A stretch of DNA of 64,000 bases from Candidatus Poribacteria bacterium (GTDB taxonomy: Bacteria; Poribacteria; WGA-4E; WGA-3G). A model generated the notes under the pieces. It did not search any database. It saw only the letters and a program-made list of their open reading frames with translations, and was not told the origin of the DNA. Both the position numbers and the translations under genes were made by a program. Where the stretch lies: positions 1,600,001-1,664,000 of the forward strand of contig OZ244048.1 in NCBI GenBank assembly GCA_965215265.1, read 5' to 3'. This document shows, in pieces, positions 19,134 through 29,230 of the stretch (position 1 is its first letter; every line of letters starts with the position of its first letter).

Positions 19134-19553
19134 ATGGGAGTTTACCTTGGATTAGACCTGGGTGATACACGAATTGGGGTTGCCCTGAGCGACGAACTCG
19201 GTGTGACAGCACATCCGTTATGTACCCTGACTCGGAAAAACCGAAAAGTCGATCTAGTAGCAATTTCAGATCTGGTTTCTATTCATAAGGTTGAACGCGT
19301 TATTATCGGATTACCTATTTCACTTGATGGTTCAATCGGACCCCAGGCACAGAAAGTGCAAAAGTTTGCGCAACGTTTGGGGAAGGTTATCAAAATTCCA
19401 ATTGAACTTTGGGATGAACGGTTCACTACAGCAGAAGCAGAAGCAGTTTTGCAGGAATTAAACAAGAATTCCAAGCAGCAGAAGGATATCATAGACCAGG
19501 TTGCCGCGATGATTATCCTTAACGAATATTTGGAAAATCAGCACGATAGCTAA
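19134..19553 (+). CDS. ruvX: Holliday junction resolvase-like / pre-16S rRNA nuclease RuvX (YqgF)
   Basis: LGLDLGDTRIGVALSD, IIGLP, WDERFTT, IDQVAA. Confidence 0.95.
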   Translation: MGVYLGLDLGDTRIGVALSDELGVTAHPLCTLTRKNRKVDLVAISDLVSIHKVERVIIGLPISLDGSIGPQAQKVQKFAQRLGKVIKIPIELWDERFTTAEAEAVLQELNKNSKQQKDIIDQVAAMIILNEYLENQHDS

Positions 19554-19651
19554 CTACGTAGACAGTGATAAACCGGATAAAGTGTCTAAAATTGAAAGGG
19601 GTGCGTTCTTAACTTCGCAACTTTCTTGATAGCAGAAAGAAGGCATGCACT

Positions 19652-20773
19652 ATGATGCATATTCAATCAGGACATTTAAGAAGAACTTGGCTTCAAATCG
19701 GTAGATGGACGCTTTGTTGCCTTGGAGGGCTCTGCTTTATTGCTATTCTCATTGGTTGGTTCTACCTGGCTCCTATCAATAAAGCGGACTCATCGACAAT
19801 AGAAAAGTTTGTTAACTTCAATGTCGTAACTGGCAGCAATTCGCGGACAATAGCGAAGCAGTTGGCTGCTGAGAAACTCATTCGGAGCGAACTTGCTTTT
19901 CTGGTTGCGCTCCGCTACTGTGGAAACGATCGACACTTAAAAGCAGGTAGTTATCAGCTGCAGCAGAGCATGTCCTTACTGCAAATCCTCAATGAACTTC
20001 AAAAAGGACAGGTCAAGTTAAAGAGTTGGACGGTCCCGGAAGGACTCACTGTCCGAGATATTGCTGGGCTCTGGGAAGCTGCCGGGTTTGGTACGGCGGA
20101 AGCGTTTCTTCGTGCCACGAAATCAGCCGACTTGCTCCGAGGTTCAGGCCCAGATAGGGATTCAAATTATATGTCAGTAGAAGGATACCTGTTCCCCAAC
20201 ACCTACAAGTTCGCTAAAGGCACACCTGTGAAGACAGTTGTCGAAATGATGCTTGCTGAATTCAACCGGCAATGGGATGAAACATTAAGAGAAAAAGCCA
20301 AGGACTTAAACATGACACGCCATGAAGTTGTGACACTCGCTTCGATTATTGAAAAAGAAGCACAATCCGGAGCTGAACGACATCGCATCGCGAGTGTCTT
20401 CCACAACCGTCTCAAGCGGAACTGGCGCCTTCAGGCAGATCCTACGGTAATTTACGCGTTAGAGCACGCGTCCGACTATGCAACAGAAACTTACGATGAC
20501 AGCAAGGAAATTATTCCAATGCACAGCCAGGAAAAACGTCCTCTCACAAAGGCTGACCTCAAAGTGGATTCGCCATACAATACTTACTTGTATAAAGGAT
20601 TACCTCCCGGGCCGATTAGTAACCCAGGCATCGCTTCAATCAGAGCAGCATTGCATCCCGAAAAAACCAACTATCTCTACTTCGTTGCAATTGGGAACGG
20701 CCTCCATCATTTTTCAAAGACACTTTCTGAACATAATAGGATGATCCGAGAAATCAGGCGAAAAGCGCGATAA
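19652..20773 (+). CDS. mltG: Endolytic transglycosylase MltG
   Basis: N-terminal TM, EGYLFPNTY, LASIIEKE, LQADPT, SPYNTY, GLPPGPISNPG, YLYFV. Confidence 0.96.
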   Translation: MMHIQSGHLRRTWLQIGRWTLCCLGGLCFIAILIGWFYLAPINKADSSTIEKFVNFNVVTGSNSRTIAKQLAAEKLIRSELAFLVALRYCGNDRHLKAGSYQLQQSMSLLQILNELQKGQVKLKSWTVPEGLTVRDIAGLWEAAGFGTAEAFLRATKSADLLRGSGPDRDSNYMSVEGYLFPNTYKFAKGTPVKTVVEMMLAEFNRQWDETLREKAKDLNMTRHEVVTLASIIEKEAQSGAERHRIASVFHNRLKRNWRLQADPTVIYALEHASDYATETYDDSKEIIPMHSQEKRPLTKADLKVDSPYNTYLYKGLPPGPISNPGIASIRAALHPEKTNYLYFVAIGNGLHHFSKTLSEHNRMIREIRRKAR

Positions 20774-20813
20774 TTATGTCCCGGCGGGGCAGTCGAAAGG
20801 AAATCACAACAAA

Positions 20814-22139
20814 ATGGAAACGGCTGAGTCACAGCAGACACTTCAGAATCAAACAACATTTTCAGGCAAAGGCTTAATGCTCGGTGCACCTGTTACATTA
20901 ACCTTGAAACCGGCACCTGCAGATGCCGGCATCATATTTAGACGTGTGGATATAGAGGGTGCACCTGAAATCAAGGTGTTTCCGGAAAATTGGGTTGACC
21001 TGCTTCCACGGTGCACCAGTTTACAAAGCAGGAATGCAGCTGGGCAGAACAATCCATCCACTGCGACGGTGAGTAGCGTTGAACACATTCTATCTGCTCT
21101 CGGTGGCCTCGGAGTCGATAACGCAATAGTCGAGCTTGACGCACCTGAGCCGCCCGCACTGGATGGCAGCGCATTGCCTTACGCAGAGCAAATTCAGAAG
21201 GTCGGGGTTATCCGACAAGAAAATACCCACCGACGCTTTATAGAAATATCTGAACCGTTTGTCATATCAGAAGATAATAGACAACTCGTTCTGCTACCGG
21301 CTGATGCCTTCCAAGTCACATTCATTTATGCCCATCCCCAAACCACCCCGCAAGTCGCCACTTTCCAAATAACCCCAGAATCCTATATTCGTGAGATTGC
21401 GCCTGCGAGAAGTTTCTGTTTCGCGAGTGAAATAGATGCCCTTCAAGCACTCGGCATCGGTAAAGGGGCGAGTTATGACAACGTGCTTGTTATAGACGCG
21501 GAGAATGCTACGAGTCAGGCACTTCGATTCGAAGACGAGTACGCCCGCCATAAAATGCTAGACCTGATTGGCGATCTCTACCTTGCAGGCTGTCTCCCGA
21601 AGGCACACGTCATCGCATTGCGCACTGGGCATACATTCCATGCGAAACTTGTTCAGGCGCTTGCAGAAAAAGGTTATCTGCAGCCATCATCTATTCGATC
21701 TCCGGTTGAAGTGAAGGAGATTTACCGCATCCTTCCACACCGGCATCCGATGTGTCTATTGGATAGAGTGCTTGAGTATGAAGATGGGAAGTATGCTATC
21801 GGTATTAAGAACGTGACATATAATGAGCGGGTGTTCGAGGGACATTTTCCTGTCCAACCGGTTATGCCGGGTGTTTTACAAGTTGAGGCCCTCGCCCAAC
21901 TTGGTGCTTGGTTAGTACTTCAGGAAATCGGGAAAGAAGGGCAGTTAGGTTACTTCCGGACTATCAACAAAGCAACATTCCGGCGGGCTGTCATTCCGGG
22001 TGACCAGCTCCGTTTGGAAATTGAGGTGGTACAACGACGGAGCACCTTGGCACGCATTAAAGGAGCGGCGTATGTCGGCGATTCTCTCGCAACCGAAGCT
22101 GAACTGTCAATCGCGCTCGCACCAACTGAACGCGAGTAA
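20814..22139 (+). CDS. lpxC/fabZ: Bifunctional LpxC deacetylase / FabZ dehydratase
   Basis: VEHILSAL and HKMLDLIGDL (LpxC); LPHRHPMCLLD and GHFP...MPGVLQVEALAQ (FabZ). Confidence 0.95.
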   Translation: METAESQQTLQNQTTFSGKGLMLGAPVTLTLKPAPADAGIIFRRVDIEGAPEIKVFPENWVDLLPRCTSLQSRNAAGQNNPSTATVSSVEHILSALGGLGVDNAIVELDAPEPPALDGSALPYAEQIQKVGVIRQENTHRRFIEISEPFVISEDNRQLVLLPADAFQVTFIYAHPQTTPQVATFQITPESYIREIAPARSFCFASEIDALQALGIGKGASYDNVLVIDAENATSQALRFEDEYARHKMLDLIGDLYLAGCLPKAHVIALRTGHTFHAKLVQALAEKGYLQPSSIRSPVEVKEIYRILPHRHPMCLLDRVLEYEDGKYAIGIKNVTYNERVFEGHFPVQPVMPGVLQVEALAQLGAWLVLQEIGKEGQLGYFRTINKATFRRAVIPGDQLRLEIEVVQRRSTLARIKGAAYVGDSLATEAELSIALAPTERE

Positions 22140-22217
22140 CCGGTTTTAATTTCAGGAGTCAGGCATCCAAGCCCCGGCTTCTAACGAAAATTCGTACAAA
22201 CTGAAAGAGGTACATCT

Positions 22218-23042
22218 GTGCTACAGCCAAACATTCACCCGACCGCGATAATCTCTCCAAAAGCCAGATTGGACGAAGACGTTCACGTCGGTCCCTACAG
22301 TCTTGTTGGCGACTATACGTATATCGGGCGAGGAACCCAGATCGGTGCGCACGTTCAGATTGGCGACTGGACAACCATTGGTGAAGAATGTCAGATTTTT
22401 TTTGGCGCGACTCTCGGGAATCCATCGAAAGATCTGAAGTACAGAGGTGGACGCAGTTATCTCAAAATCGGTAACCGGAATACGTTACGCGAATATGTCT
22501 CTATCTCCAGATCTTCCTTTGAGGAAGGTGCCACTGTTATTGGGGATGGCAATCTATTCATGAATTGGGTGAACTTGGCACATGATACCGTTGTTGGTAA
22601 CCGCACGATTATGGCGAACTTTGCTACGCTGGCGGGGCACGTAGAAATTGAAGACGACGTTCGCTTAGGTGCCCATGCAGCGTTACATCAGTACGTGCGC
22701 GTCGGCAAAATGGCGATGGCAGGCGGATTCTCAAAAATTGTTCAGGACATCCCGCCCTTTGCCCTTTCAGCGGGACAACCGGCTCGAGTTCGCGATTTAA
22801 ACCGTCTCGGTATCCGGACCTCACAAATCAATCCCTTGGCGCGTCTCACACCTGAAACCCGTGTCCTCCTCAAAAAAGCGTTCCGCATTCTGTTTCGTTC
22901 GGGGATACCGCTAAAGCATGCTGTTAATCAGGTCAGACAAGAATTAACATCAGACCCGGAAGTTGAATATTTACTCTGTTTTATTGAGACATCCAAACGC
23001 GGCATCGGATTTAGCCATCCGAATCGGCCACTTGTCGGGTGA
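22218..23042 (+). CDS. lpxA: UDP-N-acetylglucosamine acyltransferase
   Basis: IHPTAII, DLKY.G, LREYV, AHD, LAGHVEI, HQYVRVG hexapeptide repeats. Confidence 0.95.
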   Translation: MLQPNIHPTAIISPKARLDEDVHVGPYSLVGDYTYIGRGTQIGAHVQIGDWTTIGEECQIFFGATLGNPSKDLKYRGGRSYLKIGNRNTLREYVSISRSSFEEGATVIGDGNLFMNWVNLAHDTVVGNRTIMANFATLAGHVEIEDDVRLGAHAALHQYVRVGKMAMAGGFSKIVQDIPPFALSAGQPARVRDLNRLGIRTSQINPLARLTPETRVLLKKAFRILFRSGIPLKHAVNQVRQELTSDPEVEYLLCFIETSKRGIGFSHPNRPLVG

Positions 23043-23137
23043 AGCCGGTTTTGCGGTGTTTGCCTTAGCGTAACACTCGGCAAAATTTCTCCGAGGCATC
23101 TTAGCCAGCAGTCCATTCGTAAAAGGAAACCGAAGCT

Positions 23138-23938
23138 GTGGAAAAACTTGGCATCATCGCGGGGGCAGGAGAGCTGCCTGTTCTATTAGCACGTTCGGCC
23201 ATCGCTCATCAACGTGAACCTGTTATCATACAAATTACCGCACCGGATGCGAAACGTTTTGCAGGAATTGCGGATGAAATTTATACTTTAGGCGTTGGAC
23301 AAATTCAAAAGATTATCCGCACATTTCAAAAAGCCGGTGTAAACGAGGTCGTGCTTATCGGCAAAGTTCAAAAGAACATCCTTCTACGCCCTTTTCAAGT
23401 AGATGCCACCATCATTAAACTCTTAGCACAAAATCGAAGAAAGCCATCAGCACTCATCTCTGCAATTCTCGCCCACTTTGAGACATCCGGTATCTCGATC
23501 CTTACACAAGACCGGTTCCTTGGCCATCTCATGCCGCAACCCGGAATTTTAACAGCACGAAAACCGACTCTTCGTCAAGAATCAGACATAAAACTCGGCA
23601 TTACCGTCGCGCAACAGATGGCAAACATGGATATTGGACAGACGGTTGCCGTTAAAAATCAGATCGTCCTCGCGATTGAAGCGATTGAAGGAACAGACGC
23701 AGCAATTCGCAGAGGAGGGAAGTGGGGAGGAAAAGGAATTGTCGTGGCTAAAGCCGCTGCCGAGCATCACGATTTCCGAATTGACATCCCAACAGTCGGC
23801 GTGCAAACGCTACAGACGCTGCATAATGTCAAAGCAAGTGTACTTGCAATAGAGGCTGGAAGGACCTTCGTTATCAATGCGGGAGCCCTCATCGAACAAG
23901 CAGATCGGTGGAAAATATCAATTGTTGCTGTCAAATAA
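23138..23938 (+). CDS. lpxI: UDP-2,3-diacylglucosamine diphosphatase LpxI
   Basis: LGIIAGAGELP, DIGQTV, IEAIEGTD, DIPTVG; follows lpxA. Confidence 0.93.
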   Translation: MEKLGIIAGAGELPVLLARSAIAHQREPVIIQITAPDAKRFAGIADEIYTLGVGQIQKIIRTFQKAGVNEVVLIGKVQKNILLRPFQVDATIIKLLAQNRRKPSALISAILAHFETSGISILTQDRFLGHLMPQPGILTARKPTLRQESDIKLGITVAQQMANMDIGQTVAVKNQIVLAIEAIEGTDAAIRRGGKWGGKGIVVAKAAAEHHDFRIDIPTVGVQTLQTLHNVKASVLAIEAGRTFVINAGALIEQADRWKISIVAVK

Positions 23939-23973
23939 ATGTAAGAACGGATGCTTCGTATTTATAGGAAAGT

Positions 23974-24038
23974 GTGGCAGGATAGGTATTCTTTGTCTGT
24001 CCATGAGACAAGAAACCTTTTACCTGCCGCTCACTGGG
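23974..24038. repeat. Family B palindrome after lpxI
   Basis: GTGGCAGGATAGGTATTCTTTGTC...GACAAGAAACCTTTTACCTGCCGCTCACTGGG. Confidence 0.9.
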
Positions 24039-24637
24039 TTGTTCCAGTCCATACAAAAAATCCGTCCTTATGAGTATTTAGATATGTAGGCTACGCACCT
24101 TCAATTGCGGTAGTTATTTGGCCTGTTGTTGGAAACTGTCCTGTCTCAAGTTTAGAGTAGAGCAGTGTCCCATTTAACGAAACTTCAAAAGCCCCGCCAC
24201 TGCCTGGAATTAACTCTACTGACTTCATCTCCGAACCATACTTCTGTTTCAAGGCATCTGCCAAACTGGCTGCCCGTGGTTGGTAGTTTCAGGCGCTGCA
24301 GTACTCAATTCTCACTTCCATTAGATTTAATCCTCCTCATTTATATAAATGCTGATATGTCAGAGTAATCTTTCGTATTCACTCATAATAGACTGGCTGA
24401 GGTTTCGTTTATCAAAACCCCAGGGGGCACTGTTTCCTATCAAGCGGAAAATATCCCTCCCTTTTTATTAATTTTAGCAGCAAAGTTTGGAAATTGCAAA
24501 TTTTTTCGTCTTTTTGACACCGTTGAATTCTCGCATTCGTTTTGGCACAAATATTGCTTATAATTTAGACATAACGATTTGCCTCTTCCGTAATAATATT
24601 TTGTAGATGTCTCGGTATAGTGTAGCATTAGACTAGA

Positions 24638-24710
24638 CCCAATGGGTGGCAGGTAAAAGGTATTCTTATCTCTCCTGAAAGGAGAGATAAAGAATACCTC
24701 TCCTGCCACT
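24638..24710. repeat. Family B palindrome
   Basis: GTGGCAGGTAAAAGGTATTCTTATCTCTCC-TGAAA-GGAGAGATAAAGAATACCTCTCCTGCCAC. Confidence 0.9.
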
Positions 24711-24811
24711 TCCGGTTATTTCGAACGCGAAATAACCACGTTAGAGATACCGTAAATTAATGCCAATTTGTGGGCATTAGGGCGCAACATTGACATGCAG
24801 GTGTTTAAATT

Positions 24812-25624
24812 ATGAACAAAACCATCCAATTTCTGAACAAATTTGTAATACCGTCTATCTGCATCCATCTGATAGGCGTAACTGTAGTGTCTTTGTCTAT
24901 CGGGGGTTCCGCTAATATTCATCAGGACGCGATTGTTGCTGAGGTTTTCGTCGTCCACAAGGCAAAGCCTATTCTCACAACACCTCGACCAAAACGCATA
25001 ATTCCTGAATCAACGCAGCCAGCCGTGTTTAACCTACAAGTCGCGCGTATACAGACAGCTGCGGAAGTTACGCAGGTCCCACAAAACCAAATACAACTTT
25101 TTGTGGAGAGAACCCCCTTGCCTGCTGAATTTGAGACAACTTCTTCAATAGGTTACGGCAAGTTATTTGCTTCGGATACTAACCGGAGAGAGTTCTCGCC
25201 AGCCTTAATAGGCACCCGCCTAAATTCACACGTGATGTCTGTAACTCCTAAACGGGCACCAAAGTCAGCGTTCACAATACCGACTGTGCCGGGAAGTGTT
25301 CAGGTAGATGAACTACCCCCACCCTCAATGCCTTTAGACGAGCCAACGCAAGATGCACAGTTCCTCCGAAAAGTTGAACCTCTCTATCCTGCATCCGCAC
25401 GATTCTCCCATAAACAAGGTAGTGTTCTGCTCGAAGCAACAATAGGCGTAGATGGAAAAGCGAAAAACATTCAGGTCATTGAAGTGACTAACGTGAGTGG
25501 GTTAGGATGTGAGCAAGCAGCAATTACCGCCTTGAAAGCCTCAGAATTTATACCTGCAATGTCCGGTAAAGTTACCGTGAGCCAACGTATCCGGATTCCT
25601 TACCGTTTTAGTCTTAAAAATTAA
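24812..25624 (+). CDS. TonB family energy transducer
   Basis: N-terminal TM with S..IH, Pro-rich linker, C-terminal PLYP..A...QGSVLL...IGVDG...F.PA. Confidence 0.85.
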   Translation: MNKTIQFLNKFVIPSICIHLIGVTVVSLSIGGSANIHQDAIVAEVFVVHKAKPILTTPRPKRIIPESTQPAVFNLQVARIQTAAEVTQVPQNQIQLFVERTPLPAEFETTSSIGYGKLFASDTNRREFSPALIGTRLNSHVMSVTPKRAPKSAFTIPTVPGSVQVDELPPPSMPLDEPTQDAQFLRKVEPLYPASARFSHKQGSVLLEATIGVDGKAKNIQVIEVTNVSGLGCEQAAITALKASEFIPAMSGKVTVSQRIRIPYRFSLKN

Positions 25625-25746
25625 GCATTTTTCGTTAGGTGCTCACTTCTTTCCTAAAATCTTCTTCCAGCTTGCTAAATTTCCGCTTCGTAAATAAAGT
25701 CTAAAAAGGTTTGCCTACCAAATAGTTTTCGCGTATAATCTTTTCA

Positions 25747-25788
25747 ATTGGGGAAGTTCTCCCTGCAAGCGGGGATGAATCCCCAAAT
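25747..25788. repeat. Family D-like short palindrome
   Basis: TTGGGGAAGTTCTCCCTGC-AA-GCGGGGATGAATCCCCAA. Confidence 0.45.
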
Positions 25789-25813
25789 TTCAGTGAAAAC
25801 TTAGGAGAAACCA

Positions 25814-26566
25814 GTGAAGATTCAACTTACAGACAAAGTGGCTGTGATTACAGGCGGGTCAACTGGCATTGGGGCAGCAACAGCGATTGCCTATGCGAAA
25901 GCCGGCGCGCGCGTTGTGTTTGGTGATATTAATGAAGAAGATGGTAAAAAAACACTGAGTACGATTGTTAAAAACAACGGAATTGCCAAGTTCCAGCGCA
26001 CTGACGTAGCCGTTGAGACAGAAGTCGATGCATTAATCCAAACGGCTGATACCGAATTCGGCGGTATTGACATATTGGTAACATCAGCAGGTATCCTGCG
26101 CGGACCGAGTGTGCGAATTGATAATTTTGAGGAAGCTATCTTTGATTCAGTGATTGATGTCAATCTCAAAGGCACCTTTTTTTCACTCAAATACACTATC
26201 CCCGTGATGGAAAGACGGGGTGGCGGGGTTATCCTCTGCATTGCATCCGGTGCGGGCGTTCGGGGCGGCAGCTCCTCTGTTGCTTACGCGTCAAGTAAAG
26301 GCGGTGTAAATGGACTTGTGATGACGGTGGAGAACCAGGTCGCTTCGCTTAACATCCGGATGCATACTATCTGTCCGGGTGGGCTTGCAACGCCGCTCAA
26401 ACTGGGCCAGATTGCTGAGTCTGCTACGCGAGAAGGGCAAGACGCAGATGCGGCAGTCGTGCGGGCGCGGCAGTCGCTCGGAGACCCAGCAGGTGTCGCC
26501 CGAATTTTGACATTTCTCGCCTCTGACGAAGCCTCTTATACGCGTGGGCAGATTTTTACACGATAG
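25814..26566 (+). CDS. SDR family oxidoreductase
   Basis: TGGSTGIG, YASSKGG; AGGAG RBS. Confidence 0.93.
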   Translation: MKIQLTDKVAVITGGSTGIGAATAIAYAKAGARVVFGDINEEDGKKTLSTIVKNNGIAKFQRTDVAVETEVDALIQTADTEFGGIDILVTSAGILRGPSVRIDNFEEAIFDSVIDVNLKGTFFSLKYTIPVMERRGGGVILCIASGAGVRGGSSSVAYASSKGGVNGLVMTVENQVASLNIRMHTICPGGLATPLKLGQIAESATREGQDADAAVVRARQSLGDPAGVARILTFLASDEASYTRGQIFTR

Positions 26567-26589
26567 GGCGGAAGAAGCACGGGGCGTGC

Positions 26590-26952
26590 TTAAAGTGGAT
26601 TGAGAATCCAATCAAAACTCAGCCACAAACTTTTTGAGTAGCGGTAGAAAAAGATAGGGAAGATAGCAGAAAACGCGCTCCACACCCCGAAATTGAGCAG
26701 AAAAGGAATTGCGGTAAACGTCGTAAGTAACAAGTAACCCGGAAAGGCAATGATTACCGTTGCCCCATAATTGAGGTACATCGCGCCGATAAAATAGCCC
26801 TGCTCTCGTTCAAATTTCATCTGACACTGCGTGCAGTGTGAAAACATTGAGAAATATTTCTTATACAAGGCCCCTTGTTCACATTTTGGGCACTTCAGGC
26901 GGAATCCGCATCGTAGGGCTTTAGTAATGCGGTTGAGATTCCCTGTTTTCAT
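26590..26952 (-). CDS. DUF983-like membrane protein with Zn-ribbon
   Basis: CPKC.QG.L...CTQC followed by two TM helices. Confidence 0.8.
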   Translation of the reverse strand: MKTGNLNRITKALRCGFRLKCPKCEQGALYKKYFSMFSHCTQCQMKFEREQGYFIGAMYLNYGATVIIAFPGYLLLTTFTAIPFLLNFGVWSAFSAIFPIFFYRYSKSLWLSFDWILNPL

Positions 26953-27079
26953 TGCATCTTCACCGTAGCCGGGCGGCTTATGCCTCGCCGGGCGTTTTTT
27001 ACAAATTTAAACATCGTTCTTTTGAACTGTTGATCTTTTCAGTTCCCGGTAGCTGGTGCAATCTCTATGTACAAAGAAC

Positions 27080-27697
27080 TCAATAGGTGTTATTGTCCCA
27101 AAAGACCTTGAAAGTCCGAAGCAATATCTTAAAATCGTTCCAGAACGATAGATTTTCAATGTACTCCAGGTCGACGGGAATCCCTTCTCGGATTGAACCA
27201 CGCCGGTGCGGGCTCAACTGCCAAAGTCCGGTCATCCCAGGCCGGACAAGGTGCCGGCGGTTCTCCCAAGGCTCATAGTGTTCAGCAAGGAACGGCATCT
27301 CAGGCCGTGGACCTACGAGGCTCATCTCCCCCTTTAACACATTAAAGAGCTGCGGTAATTCATCTAAACTCGTTTTGCGAAGCCATTTTCCGACTGAGGT
27401 AATGCGAACATCTTCCGTTGAATCAGGTTTTTCGGAATAGGAAGGCGTATCAATATGAAGGCTCCGAAACTTGTAAATAAGAAAGCGCTGATTGTCTAAG
27501 CCGATGCGTTTATGCGAGAAAAAGACGGGGCCTCGTGATGTTAACTTAATGAGCATCGCAATTAGCAACATCAACGGGGCAAAGAAGAGTATAAGAAAAA
27601 AAGCCGCGAGCCCATCAAAAAGATGTTTACCGTGCTTTGCGTAAAAAGAAGAGAGTCGTTCCACTGCGGTTCCTGGTTTTTCGTGTATGACTTTCAA
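27080..27697 (-). CDS. Priming sugar (phosphoglycosyl) transferase
   Basis: [43 protein letters not shown]. Confidence 0.93.
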   Translation of the reverse strand: MKVIHEKPGTAVERLSSFYAKHGKHLFDGLAAFFLILFFAPLMLLIAMLIKLTSRGPVFFSHKRIGLDNQRFLIYKFRSLHIDTPSYSEKPDSTEDVRITSVGKWLRKTSLDELPQLFNVLKGEMSLVGPRPEMPFLAEHYEPWENRRHLVRPGMTGLWQLSPHRRGSIREGIPVDLEYIENLSFWNDFKILLRTFKVFWDNNTY

Positions 27698-27780
27698 AGG
27701 TGTTTGTCTTGACTTGAATTAACCGTCTATCAATCCCTCCAACCTGCCACTTTTGGTCCGAGAGACTTTATCCATACCGT

Positions 27781-28893
27781 TTATACAAGAGATTCAAAGA
27801 CATCAAGATATTCTTGTGCAATGCGATCCCAATTAAAGTGGCTCCGTATCCTTTCGGGGGCCTGTTGACGGAATGCCTCAACCTCGTCAGGGTGGTTTTC
27901 TAAATAATCAATTTTCGATTGCAAGTCACTCACATTTTTCTCAAACAGAATGCCGTAACGTCCGCCATCCAACACCTCATCATTGAATGGGGTATTCAGT
28001 GCCAGGATGCAGTTAGAAAACCCTAATGCCTTCAAAATTGAAGGATTGATGCCACCAAACTGATGTCCATGGACATAAGCGAAACAGTGATGGTGAAGTT
28101 CTTTTATATGTTCAGAATCATCTATATGACCAAGGAACTTCACCTTGTCATTAGCAATGCTTTTGAGTTTATCTAAAAATTCCTTTTCAAGGTTATTGCC
28201 TTTGTAATCCGCTCCGCCGGCAATAGCCAACTGTTTCTGACTGTTTGATGCCACGAATGCCTCTAAAATTAGATCTGCGTTATTATCAGGTACAAGTCGA
28301 CTTGCAATCAGATAGTAATTCCGGGACTCAAGTCTATATGTCTCAAGAATTTCAGGGTGTTCTGAGGGTTCAATGTTCGCCCCGTAAGCGATATAGGTAG
28401 TTTCTGCCCCCAACTCCTCTAAATAGAGGCGCTTCATTTCACAAGCGTCCGTAATGACAACAGGAAACGCCGCGGTCGCCATCTTTGCTGCCCATTTAAA
28501 GTAAACCGCCCCTAAGCCTTTCCATTTGGGACGGAGCCACTCCATTCCGTCAACATTAATCACTGCAGCCTTGCCCGCTATCCGGAAAAACCAACCGAAA
28601 GGACCGTTGCCTGCATTCCACGTCAGGATAACATCCGAAGGGGCTACCGAAGCATGCAGCGTTGCCAAAAAACTGTGAGTGAGTGTGCTAAACATCTTGT
28701 GTTCAATACTCGGTAGGTAAACTAAATTGATGCCCTTCCATTCTGGAGGTCTCTCTTTGAACAGTGCCTTTCGGCAATAGACGGTGACTTCATGCCCTGC
28801 CTCTATCCAGCGTGGGGCGAGTTCACTCATGATCGTTTCTAATCCACTGTAGGTAGCGGGAAGCCCGCGAATGCCTAATACTCGAATTTTCAT
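27781..28893 (-). CDS. Glycosyltransferase family 4 (DUF1972-type N-terminus)
   Basis: LGIRGLPATYSGLET, NVDGMEW.R.KW, RLVPDNN. Confidence 0.9.
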   Translation of the reverse strand: MKIRVLGIRGLPATYSGLETIMSELAPRWIEAGHEVTVYCRKALFKERPPEWKGINLVYLPSIEHKMFSTLTHSFLATLHASVAPSDVILTWNAGNGPFGWFFRIAGKAAVINVDGMEWLRPKWKGLGAVYFKWAAKMATAAFPVVITDACEMKRLYLEELGAETTYIAYGANIEPSEHPEILETYRLESRNYYLIASRLVPDNNADLILEAFVASNSQKQLAIAGGADYKGNNLEKEFLDKLKSIANDKVKFLGHIDDSEHIKELHHHCFAYVHGHQFGGINPSILKALGFSNCILALNTPFNDEVLDGGRYGILFEKNVSDLQSKIDYLENHPDEVEAFRQQAPERIRSHFNWDRIAQEYLDVFESLV

Positions 28894-29230
28894 GTTTTTC
28901 GTAGAGTTTCTATCCGTGTGATTTATACCGTAATCCCCATCGCAGTTGCACGCCGACAAACACTGTTTTTAAGGATGGCCATCTCTATTTTCTGCAACGA
29001 CAAACTAACTCGCTCCTACAAAGGCACTATATATTATACCTAATTTTGGCGCAAAAGTCCAATTTCAACCGTGGATTAAACTGACAACACTAAGGGCATC
29101 GCGCATCTTTCATGTTTGCAACTTAACTGCTTTGATGAAGGAAACGCGTTAAATCTTCATTCAAAAAACGTGGCCGGCACTTAATTCAGGTGCTCTCTCT
29201 ACAAATTTGAAAAAAATAAATAAGAAGCGT

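Noticed and set aside
20814-22139. LpxC-FabZ fusion as a novelty
   Set aside because: A well-known fusion in several bacterial phyla
24040-24810. Short ORFs or ncRNA in the lpxI-tonB gap
   Set aside because: No motif, RBS or recognisable RNA fold; ORFs partly derive from a family B repeat
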